64,000 nucleotides of DNA, from contig JBAZXK010000001.1 of NCBI GenBank assembly GCA_041659905.1, positions 122,670-186,669 on the forward strand, written 5' to 3'. The position numbers were made by a program, and so were the translations under genes. Below, piece by piece: positions 35,201 to 43,215 of the stretch. A model generated the notes under the pieces. It was not told the origin of the DNA and did no database searches. It saw only the letters and a list, made by a program, of their open reading frames with translations. How positions within the stretch are numbered: the stretch's first letter is position 1; every line of letters begins with the position of its first letter. Source of the DNA: Patescibacteria group bacterium. Lineage in GTDB: Bacteria; Patescibacteriota; Kazan-3B-28; UBA10110.

Positions 35201-35523
35201 TGGGCGGTCAGGGTGCGATTTTGAAAATTATGAATATATTGTTGACGATTGATTTGTTCTGATTTTAGATCCGGATAACCATAAACGGGACGATCGGTTA
35301 ATTGTTGGAGCCCTCGTTCGATGGCGATCTGATCGCTCTCATTTTTGACAATGTAGATAACTTTTTTTGGACAATCGGTCAGAGTGCGCGACAACAAAAA
35401 CAACTTCCCTAAATTAGTCAGGCCAGTGATATAAACTTTGTCTTTGCGCGAACGGCTAATTAAGGATTTGTACGCTTCTAGACTACTGAATTTTTGGGCG
35501 AGAGCAGAGAGAATCGGATCCAC
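32296..35523 (-). CDS. mfd: Transcription-repair coupling factor
   Basis: GDYVVHVDYGIG (RID), ADVGFGKTEVA, DEEQRFGV, TATPIPRTL, QLRGRIGR, TRG motif. Start likely GTG 35523. Confidence 0.97.
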   Translation of the reverse strand: MDPILSALAQKFSSLEAYKSLISRSRKDKVYITGLTNLGKLFLLSRTLTDCPKKVIYIVKNESDQIAIERGLQQLTDRPVYGYPDLKSEQINRQQYIHNFQNRTLTAHALKNGEPGLFIFSVQALIEPLTNPAQILTLEINQNKNPEEILAALIAAGYDRQQKVFQAGEIAMRGGILDIYPVNFASPVRLEFSGDTITSIVDFDPVNNKTGSARTEITVSSLKNEKMSNYLLDVIEAHSTDYILVFDQADELFQLLYELYQSNDSQRDNGILTTISKQLEGLAAWHLVNIAADEKNSVRFDLTEAPLFANDLNRLIHEVTKYTDEGWQIILTTNKEAQILPALTDNDIKFDREISDQSVIITPALHVDGFMSPSLKTILLTDKEIFSPIVEKSATTKPTPKKRQLAFLAQIEKGDYVVHVDYGIGKLIDISTMTVNGVAREYLIIKYAGADKIYAPMDQIDKISKYISPAGEKPTLSKLNSQSWKRLVSQIRKESQEFAKELLDLYAKRALKEGISFDSPEFWEKALSDSFSYQETPDQEQVIQEILGDMEQSKPMDRLLVADVGFGKTEVAIRAAFKAVTSGFQVAFLAPTTILVEQHLKTFTERLAPFGVNIAALSRFRSQTEQKRVLVGLKTREIDIVIGTHRLLSKDVKFANLGLIIVDEEQRFGVRHKEKLKMMRAEVDVLSMTATPIPRTLNLALSGIRDISTIDTPPVNRLPIQTTVAPFDMDAVKDAVLQEIKRGGQIYFVHNRVATIASMTNKLEEVLPEVRFVYAHGQMPERLLAKIMEDFSAGKYDVLVASTIIENGLDNPNVNTLIVDNSSHFGLSQLHQLRGRIGRGKVQAHAYFYYHPGKLAGKALERLRTIAGHTELGSGYQIALRDLQIRGAGGVLSKKQHGHISAIGLTMYTKLLNRAIEELKTGYKPRVDTITVDLPISAYLPATYIDNEAQRIKTYQQLALVETINELKDAAAELEVKFGKLPKEVLNLFELIDLKITALETQKVVSMLSRNEAGIRRTPEQIISVILNTVVKDSNILNAISNLNGKITEKTIKIPLSALGEHWLSSLKKVIQLLK

Positions 35524-35530
35524 TTCCTTA

Positions 35531-35559
35531 TTGACCTTTATGTTATTATATGGTATAAT
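35531..35559 (+). promoter_or_regulatory. Strong sigma70 promoter for a non-coding transcript
   Basis: TTGACC-17-TATAAT with extended TG; boxA-like GTTCTTTGAA at 35569-35578. Confidence 0.8.
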
Positions 35560-35565
35560 TAAGAG

Positions 35566-35878
35566 ATAGTTCTTTGAATTTTTTGCTGTGGTATAATTAT
35601 CTGTTTGTTCCAAATGAGCAGCAGATATAGAAGTTGGCAGAATCTTGCTTGCGACTTTTTCTCACCCTACCCTCCTTGGGTGGATCGTCGCAGGCAGGAT
35701 TCTCCCGGCTTCTTTCGTGGCGCCCCAACCCAAATATTTTTTTTGGGGTTTGGCAAAAAGCTTTACAGCTCGGCACCATGGATACTTGGGGGGAAAGGAG
35801 TTAGGAGGGCGCTAGTCGTCCCTCTTAGCTTACAAAGTATTCCTTGCTTTGTAATCCTGGCCTCGTCCAGGATCTTTT
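35566..35878 (+). ncRNA. Candidate structured ncRNA, family unknown
   Basis: Promoter, six hairpins (several with plus-strand G.U pairs), terminator atcctgg-N6-ccaggat-ctttt. Confidence 0.65.
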
Positions 35879-36446
35879 AATAATTTAGAAAATTTTTATT
35901 AATAATTTCGATGGCTGCTGGGATGGCAACTTTTATTTGTTTTAATTGCTCAGCTGTGAATTTCCCTAGCACATGTGCGCTGGTCAAACTCCGCTCTAAA
36001 CTAGCTGCACGTGCAGCGCTAGTTCCAGCGGCTGCCCTAGCTCTTATCGGAAATCCAATACCGATCTTAAGGCGGGCAATTTGATCGGTTTTTAAATTAT
36101 CTATAACTGATTGCAGGCCGCGATGTCCCCCGCTGCTTCCCTCGGCTCTATAGCGCAACTTGCCGGCTTCCATATCCAGGTCATCCATAATTACTAATAT
36201 GTTCTCTGGAGGAATGCCGTGCTTTCGAGAAACAGCTTGCACAACTGTGCCGGAGTTATTCATAAAAGTTTGGGGTTTAAGTAATTCCCAATCAGCGGAT
36301 TTAGTAAAAAGAGCATTATATTTTTTGCTGGTTTTGAATTCTAGTCCCAGTTCTTTCGCCAATGCATCCGCTACCATAAATCCAATATTATGGCGAGTTT
36401 TGGCGTATTGGTTCCCTGGATTACCTAATCCGACTATCAGTTTCAC
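35877..36446 (-). CDS. pth: Peptidyl-tRNA hydrolase with an in-frame palindromic insertion
   Basis: LIVGLGNPG..TRHNIGF, KPQTFMNNSG, GGHRGL, RLKIGIG. Confidence 0.96.
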   Translation of the reverse strand: MKLIVGLGNPGNQYAKTRHNIGFMVADALAKELGLEFKTSKKYNALFTKSADWELLKPQTFMNNSGTVVQAVSRKHGIPPENILVIMDDLDMEAGKLRYRAEGSSGGHRGLQSVIDNLKTDQIARLKIGIGFPIRARAAAGTSAARAASLERSLTSAHVLGKFTAEQLKQIKVAIPAAIEIINKNFLNY

Positions 36447-36655
36447 TTTTCGTCTTGAGCTTCTTTGAGTTTTTTATATTCTTCGCTGATTCTTAAACTA
36501 TCTTGAGCACTTTTTTCCCTTGCTTCGCGTTGACCGCTAGCATTAGTTTTGTCATACGTATCCTGATTTTCTCGTACACGATTGGTACGAGCCGTTGATT
36601 CTACTTTGCGTCCGTGGGGAACAGGAAAAAGACCCCTCTCTATGCGCATTTCCAT
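36443..36655 (-). CDS. Small hydrophilic hypothetical protein
   Basis: TATTCT 6 nt before the ATG; stop overlaps the pth start. Confidence 0.6.
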   Translation of the reverse strand: MEMRIERGLFPVPHGRKVESTARTNRVRENQDTYDKTNASGQREAREKSAQDSLRISEEYKKLKEAQDEK

Positions 36656-36672
36656 TTGAAGAGAATAACCAA

Positions 36673-36921
36673 TTAGGCTTTATAAACTTCAGTGCCTTCC
36701 TTAGTGGGCTGGTCAGCTTTGATGCCTACTATATCACCTTTATTGGCTGAGTCAACCGGAGCCTTTTCAATCTGGATAGAATTGATAGTTTGGGTGGTTT
36801 CATCGCCACCTTTAACAAACTTAACGGCATCGCCCACTTTAAGCGTGTCCCGTAATTCAATTATCGCTACTCCGATCTTGTCGTAGTAGTGAGTGACGGT
36901 ACCAATCAATTGGTTAGCCAT
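36673..36921 (-). CDS. Translation-factor-like beta-barrel protein (U32 peptidase C-terminal-like)
   Basis: IGTVTHYYDKIGVAIIEL..LKVGD..SIQIE..A.KGD.VGIK; GGAGGAGG SD. Confidence 0.8.
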   Translation of the reverse strand: MANQLIGTVTHYYDKIGVAIIELRDTLKVGDAVKFVKGGDETTQTINSIQIEKAPVDSANKGDIVGIKADQPTKEGTEVYKA

Positions 36922-36981
36922 TTTACCTCCTCCCATGGGTTAGGATATGACGAATATATTATAGCACAGGCTTGAGGTTGA

Positions 36982-38343
36982 TTATGCCATATCTGATGTG
37001 GAGGATTTGATGATTTCCCAGCGGATAGGAGCGCCGGTCATGGGATATTTAATGCGCAGCTTCTTTCCAAGATAGCGCAAATAAGAGAAATGTAATTCTT
37101 CGGGGTAGTTTACTTTTAATTTAATGGTAGGCGGATTTACAGCGATCTGACTAGAAAAGTAAATTTTTGGCGGTTTGCGCCGACCTTTTGGTGGGTTAGC
37201 CGCATAAGCGTCGCTGATAATATTATTCAAAGTTTTACTGGGAATTCTAGTATTTAAAGATTCCCAGACTTGCATAATGGCGCCGATAACTTTATCGGTC
37301 CGTTGGCCAGTGAGGGCGGAAATATATACACGCGGCATCCAGGTAAGAAAATTAAATTTATCGTCCAGATAAACATCAAATTCGGCAGTTACTCGGGGGT
37401 TCTTTTCGATCGCATCCCATTTGTTAACTACCAGAATGACGCCTTTCTTTTCTTCTTCAATAATCTGAGCGACATGAAGATCTTGCGCTAGTACTCCTTC
37501 GGCAGCATCGATAACTAACAAAACTAGATCAGCAGCTTGAACCGCTTTAATCACCAATAAAGAGCTGAATTTTTCGATGCCCCGATCAATTTTACCGCGC
37601 CGCCGCAGTCCGGCGGTATCGGTCAGTTCTAGGTCGATTTTTCCCGTGTCCACCACTGTTCTTACAATATCTCGGGTAGTGCCGGGCAGGTCGCTGACAA
37701 GAGCTAACCGTTTCTTGGCTAACTGATTGATTAAAGTAGATTTGCCTGTATTCGGCCGTCCCACGATCGCCACCTTCACTGTCGGCGTAGCCATAGTATT
37801 CCGAGCGGATGGCGATATTTTTGGTTTAGGCAACTTGGTTAATTGGGCAACCACCAAATCCAGAGTGTCTCCGACGCCTTTGCCAGAAATGGCTGAGATC
37901 AGAATAGGTTCACCCAACCCGAGTTTGTAAAATTCATGCAGGGCATTGTCATATTTATTCCCTTCAGCTTTATTGACGACTAGCACTACGGGTTTGCTCA
38001 ATTTACGAATCAATTCAGCGGCTTTCAAATCTTCAGTTTGTTGGCCAGTCTGAGCGTCAACCATAAAAATAATTAAATCAGCCCCTTCTAGGGCAACTTT
38101 AGTTTGCAGAAAAATATCTTTTTCTAATTCCGATTTGGCGTCCAGCTCAACACCGGCGGTATCGGCAATAATAAAAGTCATTCCATTCCAAGTAGTGTTT
38201 TCGTAGAGAACATCGCGCGTGGTGCCGGGGATGTCGCTTAAAATCGCCCGATTTTGTCCGATAATTTTATTAAACAAAGTGGACTTGCCCACATTCGGCC
38301 GTCCCACGATCGCCACCACATAATTTGATGTAATATTATTCAC
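36982..38343 (-). CDS. der: Ribosome biogenesis GTPase Der
   Basis: Two G domains (GRPNVGKS/GRPNTGKS, DTAG, NKAE/NKWD) and a KH-like C-terminus. Confidence 0.97.
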   Translation of the reverse strand: MNNITSNYVVAIVGRPNVGKSTLFNKIIGQNRAILSDIPGTTRDVLYENTTWNGMTFIIADTAGVELDAKSELEKDIFLQTKVALEGADLIIFMVDAQTGQQTEDLKAAELIRKLSKPVVLVVNKAEGNKYDNALHEFYKLGLGEPILISAISGKGVGDTLDLVVAQLTKLPKPKISPSARNTMATPTVKVAIVGRPNTGKSTLINQLAKKRLALVSDLPGTTRDIVRTVVDTGKIDLELTDTAGLRRRGKIDRGIEKFSSLLVIKAVQAADLVLLVIDAAEGVLAQDLHVAQIIEEEKKGVILVVNKWDAIEKNPRVTAEFDVYLDDKFNFLTWMPRVYISALTGQRTDKVIGAIMQVWESLNTRIPSKTLNNIISDAYAANPPKGRRKPPKIYFSSQIAVNPPTIKLKVNYPEELHFSYLRYLGKKLRIKYPMTGAPIRWEIIKSSTSDMA

Positions 38344-38377
38344 TAGATTTATTTTAACTTATTTAACTGCGATGCCC

Positions 38378-38602
38378 TCACTTGCGTGAGGGCCGATTGT
38401 TGTCAGTTCTCTGTTCGAGCAGATTCATGCCTGTGACCAGACATATAATTGCTATGGTCCATGCCGCATAGTAACTAACCCACGGCCTTACTGAGCTAGC
38501 AGGATCCCAGATGAATTCTCCTACTATCATCACGCCAAGACCTAGAATAATGCCGCATACAATCAGGAAATATCCGATAACTGAAACTGAACGTTTTTTC
38601 AT
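38378..38602 (-). CDS. Small two-TM orphan protein
   Basis: Own promoter (TTTACA-16-TAGATT) and AGGAG SD. Confidence 0.6.
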   Translation of the reverse strand: MKKRSVSVIGYFLIVCGIILGLGVMIVGEFIWDPASSVRPWVSYYAAWTIAIICLVTGMNLLEQRTDNNRPSRK

Positions 38603-38708
38603 AAGGTGCGCACTCCTGTGTCAGAATAATCCCAATCTATCAGAATACTAGCTCCTGTAAAGAGTTTTCCATCCCCCTAAATGCTAGACGCTATCCCCAG
38701 ATGCTACC

Positions 38709-39629
38709 CTACAGGGGTTCGATCCAGTTGTAGGCTTTTAAAGCCCAGTCTAGTAAATTCTTTCCTTCGGTAAATCTATCTGGACTATTTAGAAGTACAA
38801 CGATAACAGTCTGATTGCTCTCTCCCTTGGCAGCGACGACCAGCGATTCGCCAGCGTTATCGGTGGTGCCGGTTTTTACTCCGATGATATTCATATACTG
38901 TCCGACTAATTTATTGGTGTTAGTTAAATTATGTTGCAATTTTCCATAAATATCGGTAACGGTAGTTTTTTTAACCGCTACAATATCGCGAAAAGTTTCA
39001 TTACTGAGGGCGATACCGGTTAATCTAGCCAGATCCCGAGCGCAAGAATAATGATCTGGTTCATCAGCTCCCCAGGTGTTAGTAAAATGAGTACCGGTTA
39101 ATTTTAACGAAGCTGCCAGCGCGTTCATAGCGACAACAAACTGTTCTTCACTGCCGAAAGTTCCTTCCGCTAAAGCGTAGGCGGCGTCGTTAGCTGACTC
39201 GATTAAAGCGCCTCGCAAGAGATTATCTATGCTCATTTTTTCCCCGACTACTAAATACATCCGCGAGCCGCTGACCTCGTTAGCCGCTTCTGATACGGTG
39301 TAGACTTCATCCAAATTTGATTTACTGTTTAATACCACTAATGCAGTCATTATTTTAGTGATACTCGCAATCGCCATTTGTTTATCGGGATCTTTGGCGT
39401 AAAGAATCTTACCGGTATCTAGATCCATTAGGACAGCGGAAGTAGAATCGATCACCGGATCGGGGTAAAGGACATCCCGGACCGGTTCCGTATGTAAAAA
39501 TTGAGCCGCTAGAGTATGTAAAGAATACGCTTGCGGATCCGTCAGAATCCCCCAAAGATTGTCTTTCATCACGGCAGTGGAGCCAGTGAGGTAATTCAAG
39601 ATAACTAATAATATGGCAACTGTTTTCAT
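38709..39629 (-). CDS. D-alanyl-D-alanine carboxypeptidase (S11 family)
   Basis: SITK, SAN and KTG motifs. Start moved to ATG 39629 because the upstream extension reads through a repeat. Confidence 0.92.
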   Translation of the reverse strand: MKTVAILLVILNYLTGSTAVMKDNLWGILTDPQAYSLHTLAAQFLHTEPVRDVLYPDPVIDSTSAVLMDLDTGKILYAKDPDKQMAIASITKIMTALVVLNSKSNLDEVYTVSEAANEVSGSRMYLVVGEKMSIDNLLRGALIESANDAAYALAEGTFGSEEQFVVAMNALAASLKLTGTHFTNTWGADEPDHYSCARDLARLTGIALSNETFRDIVAVKKTTVTDIYGKLQHNLTNTNKLVGQYMNIIGVKTGTTDNAGESLVVAAKGESNQTVIVVLLNSPDRFTEGKNLLDWALKAYNWIEPL

Positions 39630-39637
39630 ATTTATGG

Positions 39638-39723
39638 TTCCTCCCCTTACGGAGGGGAGGTTAGGTGGGGAGTGTTTATCTAAACTCCCACCTCCCCTCA
39701 CCCCTCCTCGGGCAGGAGGGGAA
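39638..39723. repeat. Palindromic element, CCTCCCC..GGGGAGG family (empty copy)
   Basis: ttcctccccttacggaggg-gaggttaggtgggga...aggaggggaa. Confidence 0.85.
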
Positions 39724-39734
39724 GATCATAGCGG

Positions 39735-41111
39735 TTACTTAATAACTTTTAAGCCTAATTCTTTTAATGTAGCAGCGTCAACTTCGCGCGGGGCGTCCAT
39801 CATCGGATCGCGGGCTTTGTCAGTTTTGGGGAAAGCGATCACTTCTCTAATATTCGGTTCGTTAGCTAAAATCATCACCAAGCGATCAATGCCGGGGGCG
39901 ATCCCTCCATGAGGCGGAGCGCCGTATTTAAAAGCCTCCAACATATGGCCGAATTTAGATTGAATTTCTTCCTCGGATAATCCTAAAATCGAAAATACTT
40001 TGGTAAGAGTTTTGGGATCGTGGATTCTAATACTGCCAGAGGCAATTTCGAATCCGTTTAAGACAAAATCATAAGAACAACTGATCACTTTTTCCGGCTC
40101 GCTGTCCAAAAGGTCTTCCTGTCCTTCTTTAAAAGCAGTGAAAGGATGGTGGGAAGAATCTAACTTGCCGGTTTTAGTGTTTTTCTCAAAGAGAGGAAAA
40201 TCTATAATCCAGGCAAACGCTAATTCATCGGGATCGTTTTTGTCTTTGCGTAAATCCGGCTTATCGGTTTTGTATTTTTTCATCGCCTCAGCGTAAGTTA
40301 ATCTAGGCCAGGGCGTTTTAGTAATTTCTTTTTCCGGAACCACTTTTTCGATCAGGCCGGTAAATAATTCTTCGGTTAACTTTAAGATGTCCTCTTCTTC
40401 GACAAACGACATCTCTAAATCTAATTGGGTGAACTCAGGCTGGCGGTCGCCGCGGTTGTCTTCGTCCCGCATGCACTTGGCAATTTGGTAATATTTATCC
40501 AGCCCGGCTACCATCAAAAGCTGCTTGTATTGCTGGGGGCTTTGTGGGAGAGCGTAGAACTTGCCAGGATAGATTCTAGAGGGCACCAGATAGTCCCTAG
40601 CCCCTTCTGGTGTGGCCGAAGTGATGATGGGAGTTTCTATTTCGGTAAATCCACGTTCATTAAGAAAAGTGCGCATATAAGTAATAACCTGATGGCGCAA
40701 AAGAAGGTTATTTTTCATCCGTTCGTGACGCAAATCCAAATAACGGTATTTCAGGCGGAGCTCTTCGTCAGTCACTTTTTCTTGATCGATTTCGAAGGGC
40801 GGCATTTCCGCCGCGTTGATGATTTGTAAGTCGTCTGCCTGTACTTCAATTTCGCCGGTTTCTAGTTTGGGATTACGATATTTTTCTCCCCGTTTGACCA
40901 CTTTGCCGGTAATAGCTATCACAAATTCTGGTTTGATGTCTTTAACTAAGTTGGCTTTATTCTCATCAAAAACTACCTGGATGAGGCCAGTCACATCCCG
41001 GAGGTCCATAAACACAATTTGGCCCATGTTGCGGATGCTATGGACCCAACCTTTGAGTGTGATAACTTCCCCAGTGTGTTTTAATGCTTCCTTGGCTAAA
41101 ACTCGTTCCAT
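39735..41111 (-). CDS. aspS: Aspartate-tRNA ligase (short form, no GAD domain)
   Basis: OB fold, LRLKYRYLDLR, TPEGARDYLVPSR, ALPQSPQ, RQPEFTQLD, GAPPHGGIAPGIDR. Confidence 0.96.
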   Translation of the reverse strand: MERVLAKEALKHTGEVITLKGWVHSIRNMGQIVFMDLRDVTGLIQVVFDENKANLVKDIKPEFVIAITGKVVKRGEKYRNPKLETGEIEVQADDLQIINAAEMPPFEIDQEKVTDEELRLKYRYLDLRHERMKNNLLLRHQVITYMRTFLNERGFTEIETPIITSATPEGARDYLVPSRIYPGKFYALPQSPQQYKQLLMVAGLDKYYQIAKCMRDEDNRGDRQPEFTQLDLEMSFVEEEDILKLTEELFTGLIEKVVPEKEITKTPWPRLTYAEAMKKYKTDKPDLRKDKNDPDELAFAWIIDFPLFEKNTKTGKLDSSHHPFTAFKEGQEDLLDSEPEKVISCSYDFVLNGFEIASGSIRIHDPKTLTKVFSILGLSEEEIQSKFGHMLEAFKYGAPPHGGIAPGIDRLVMILANEPNIREVIAFPKTDKARDPMMDAPREVDAATLKELGLKVIK

Positions 41112-41216
41112 ACCGATTATTTTTACTTTTTAATCATAACATATACAAAGCTACCCATATCTGTTAGGATAATTTATCACGATGCTATTCTTCACCAAGA
41201 AGGAGGTGAATGTACT

Positions 41217-41603
41217 TTGGTAAAAACATATCCTATTCCAGGCTTTATGATCGGAATAGTGAATGCTCCCCTGGGCGAGATAAATAATCTCTATCCAGCC
41301 TTGCGGCAAAGGATCAGATTAACTGAAAATTTCTGTGACCCAGATTTGCCAGACGAAGTCCAAACAGCTCTGCGAGGAATGGAAGTAAGCGGTGTCTTCT
41401 TTGGCGAATCTCTCATGGAAGAGGTTGCGGAAGTAGCTGAATTTCCGGGAGTAGTAGCCACAGTATATGCCACAGAGGTCCAAGAGAATCTGGCAACAGT
41501 CGGTAAAACTCGGGAAGCCACCATGCTTGGCGAGAAAATCCAAACCCCGGTAGACATGCTTCTGCTCACATCGGAAATGTTCGAGCTCATTTATCCGTCG
41601 TGA
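41217..41603 (+). CDS. Orphan hypothetical protein
   Basis: AAGGAGGTG SD before TTG; hairpin aacgcccc-atccc-ggggcgtt at ~41642-41662. Confidence 0.65.
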   Translation: MVKTYPIPGFMIGIVNAPLGEINNLYPALRQRIRLTENFCDPDLPDEVQTALRGMEVSGVFFGESLMEEVAEVAEFPGVVATVYATEVQENLATVGKTREATMLGEKIQTPVDMLLLTSEMFELIYPS

Positions 41604-41679
41604 AAAACCGTATCCCTTGTTCTTACCTTGCATTAACAGAAAACGCCCCATCCCGGGGCGTTGCCTTAAGTTTTATAAG

Positions 41680-41967
41680 TTACTTGCCGATGAACATGCG
41701 GGAGAGTGAATTAAAGATGTTTTGTAGCACCGGAAGAATGCCAGGAAACACTACTACCAACAGAATCAGCCATAACCAGTTGCGTTTGATGAGATTCCAC
41801 ATAAATCCAGCGACAGCAAAAAAGATGATCGCCGAAACAACCCACTGATACTGCACCGGGAATACCGAAATAAATTGATTATAGATGGTAAAAATCCGCT
41901 CAAAGATCCCGGCAGTAGCTTCTTCGGTAACTTTATTGGCTATAACATTGACAATTTCGTTTTCCAT
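41680..41967 (-). CDS. Small membrane protein
   Basis: Two TM segments; TAACTT 6 nt before the ATG. Confidence 0.7.
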   Translation of the reverse strand: MENEIVNVIANKVTEEATAGIFERIFTIYNQFISVFPVQYQWVVSAIIFFAVAGFMWNLIKRNWLWLILLVVVFPGILPVLQNIFNSLSRMFIGK

Positions 41968-42082
41968 ATTAAAAAGTTAGCACTAACACTTTCATTTAAC
42001 CAGAAAACTTAAATAATTAAAACATACCCGCCGGTTAGGGCGGGTAAAATTGATTTCAGCCAAGCAATGTTTTTGTTTACAT

Positions 42083-43138
42083 CTAACTTTTATGATTATT
42101 CATAGTGACTTCAACTTGGTCAACGTCAGCTTTTTTGAGCAGCTCTAGTGCTGCTTCAAGTTCACAATCATTGTTTGGAAGATGGGCAGTTAAATCTAGA
42201 TCAATCTGCCACCCATGTGTATAGGGACCCCAGATATAGCAGAAAGTTATATGACTTTCCAGAGACTGATTATTTCTAATTAAGGGGATATAACCAGTCA
42301 TAAGCTTTTTGAGGTATTTAAAACCGAAATCGTCTTTTGGTAGTCCTTCTGGATTATTTACACTAACCTCATAGCTTGAAGCTAGTTTCTTGAGAAGTCT
42401 AAACAATTTGTCCTGACAAACCATCGAGTTAAAGGCACCAGTACTTCTCTCGGTCGCTCTTAGATGGACAACACCGAAATACTCCTTAAGAACTATGACC
42501 GCTTTTAAGGGCAAAGACACTTTTAGGCTATCTCTAATAACCGCCAAAGGCAGATTATTTTGGGCTGCCCAGTAATTCCAGGCTTCGGCAACCAAGAATA
42601 TATCCTTTGAACTGATAGAATAATAAACTTGGGTGTTTCCCCATTCGTTAGTGTCAAGCTGGATTGGCGAGGAAGTAGAATCAAACCCCTTTTGTTTGCA
42701 GATTTTTTCCAGATATTCAACAGTAGTTGGGATATTAACTCTACAGATTTTTTTGTAAGGACTGACCCAAATTGTCAGGTAACCCCTAAAATTAGCTTTT
42801 TCCACATCCCGTAAAAAATATTTTATTGGGAGAGGATATTTGCGCTTGCTCACATATTGGAATTCATGTTTCCGATTCCATGGTTTCCGGCGGCTCCAAG
42901 TTTTTCCGATATAAACAGTGGGTTTAAAGATTGCCCCACAGGGGGAGGAGGGTATTTCTATCCAATATGTTACTCTGCCGTTGTCTAATCGAGCGCTCAA
43001 GCCGAACCAACGGGCGTAGTGCCCATAATCATAGGTCATGCGGTAGCGGGTGGCGATCATTTGCCAATCACTAGAGTTGGCTTCAATTGTCAAAACCTGC
43101 TTCCGATAGGGACGTGGATGATAAGGTTTAGTAGGCAT
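42083..43138 (-). CDS. Orphan hypothetical protein (351 aa)
   Basis: TTGACC-17-TACCCT promoter, AAGGAG SD, terminator hairpin tacccgcc..ggcgggta at ~42025-42046. Confidence 0.7.
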   Translation of the reverse strand: MPTKPYHPRPYRKQVLTIEANSSDWQMIATRYRMTYDYGHYARWFGLSARLDNGRVTYWIEIPSSPCGAIFKPTVYIGKTWSRRKPWNRKHEFQYVSKRKYPLPIKYFLRDVEKANFRGYLTIWVSPYKKICRVNIPTTVEYLEKICKQKGFDSTSSPIQLDTNEWGNTQVYYSISSKDIFLVAEAWNYWAAQNNLPLAVIRDSLKVSLPLKAVIVLKEYFGVVHLRATERSTGAFNSMVCQDKLFRLLKKLASSYEVSVNNPEGLPKDDFGFKYLKKLMTGYIPLIRNNQSLESHITFCYIWGPYTHGWQIDLDLTAHLPNNDCELEAALELLKKADVDQVEVTMNNHKS

Positions 43139-43215
43139 TTAGCCAACTCCTTTATGTTTTTGTAATATGTCAAAACAGCAATGACAGTTTAGGGTATCAA
43201 AAGCGAGCAGCTGGG

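Noticed and set aside
35605-35880. 91-aa ORF or T-box riboswitch
   Set aside because: No SD for the ORF and G.U-rich stems indicate RNA; no T-box consensus and no co-oriented downstream gene.
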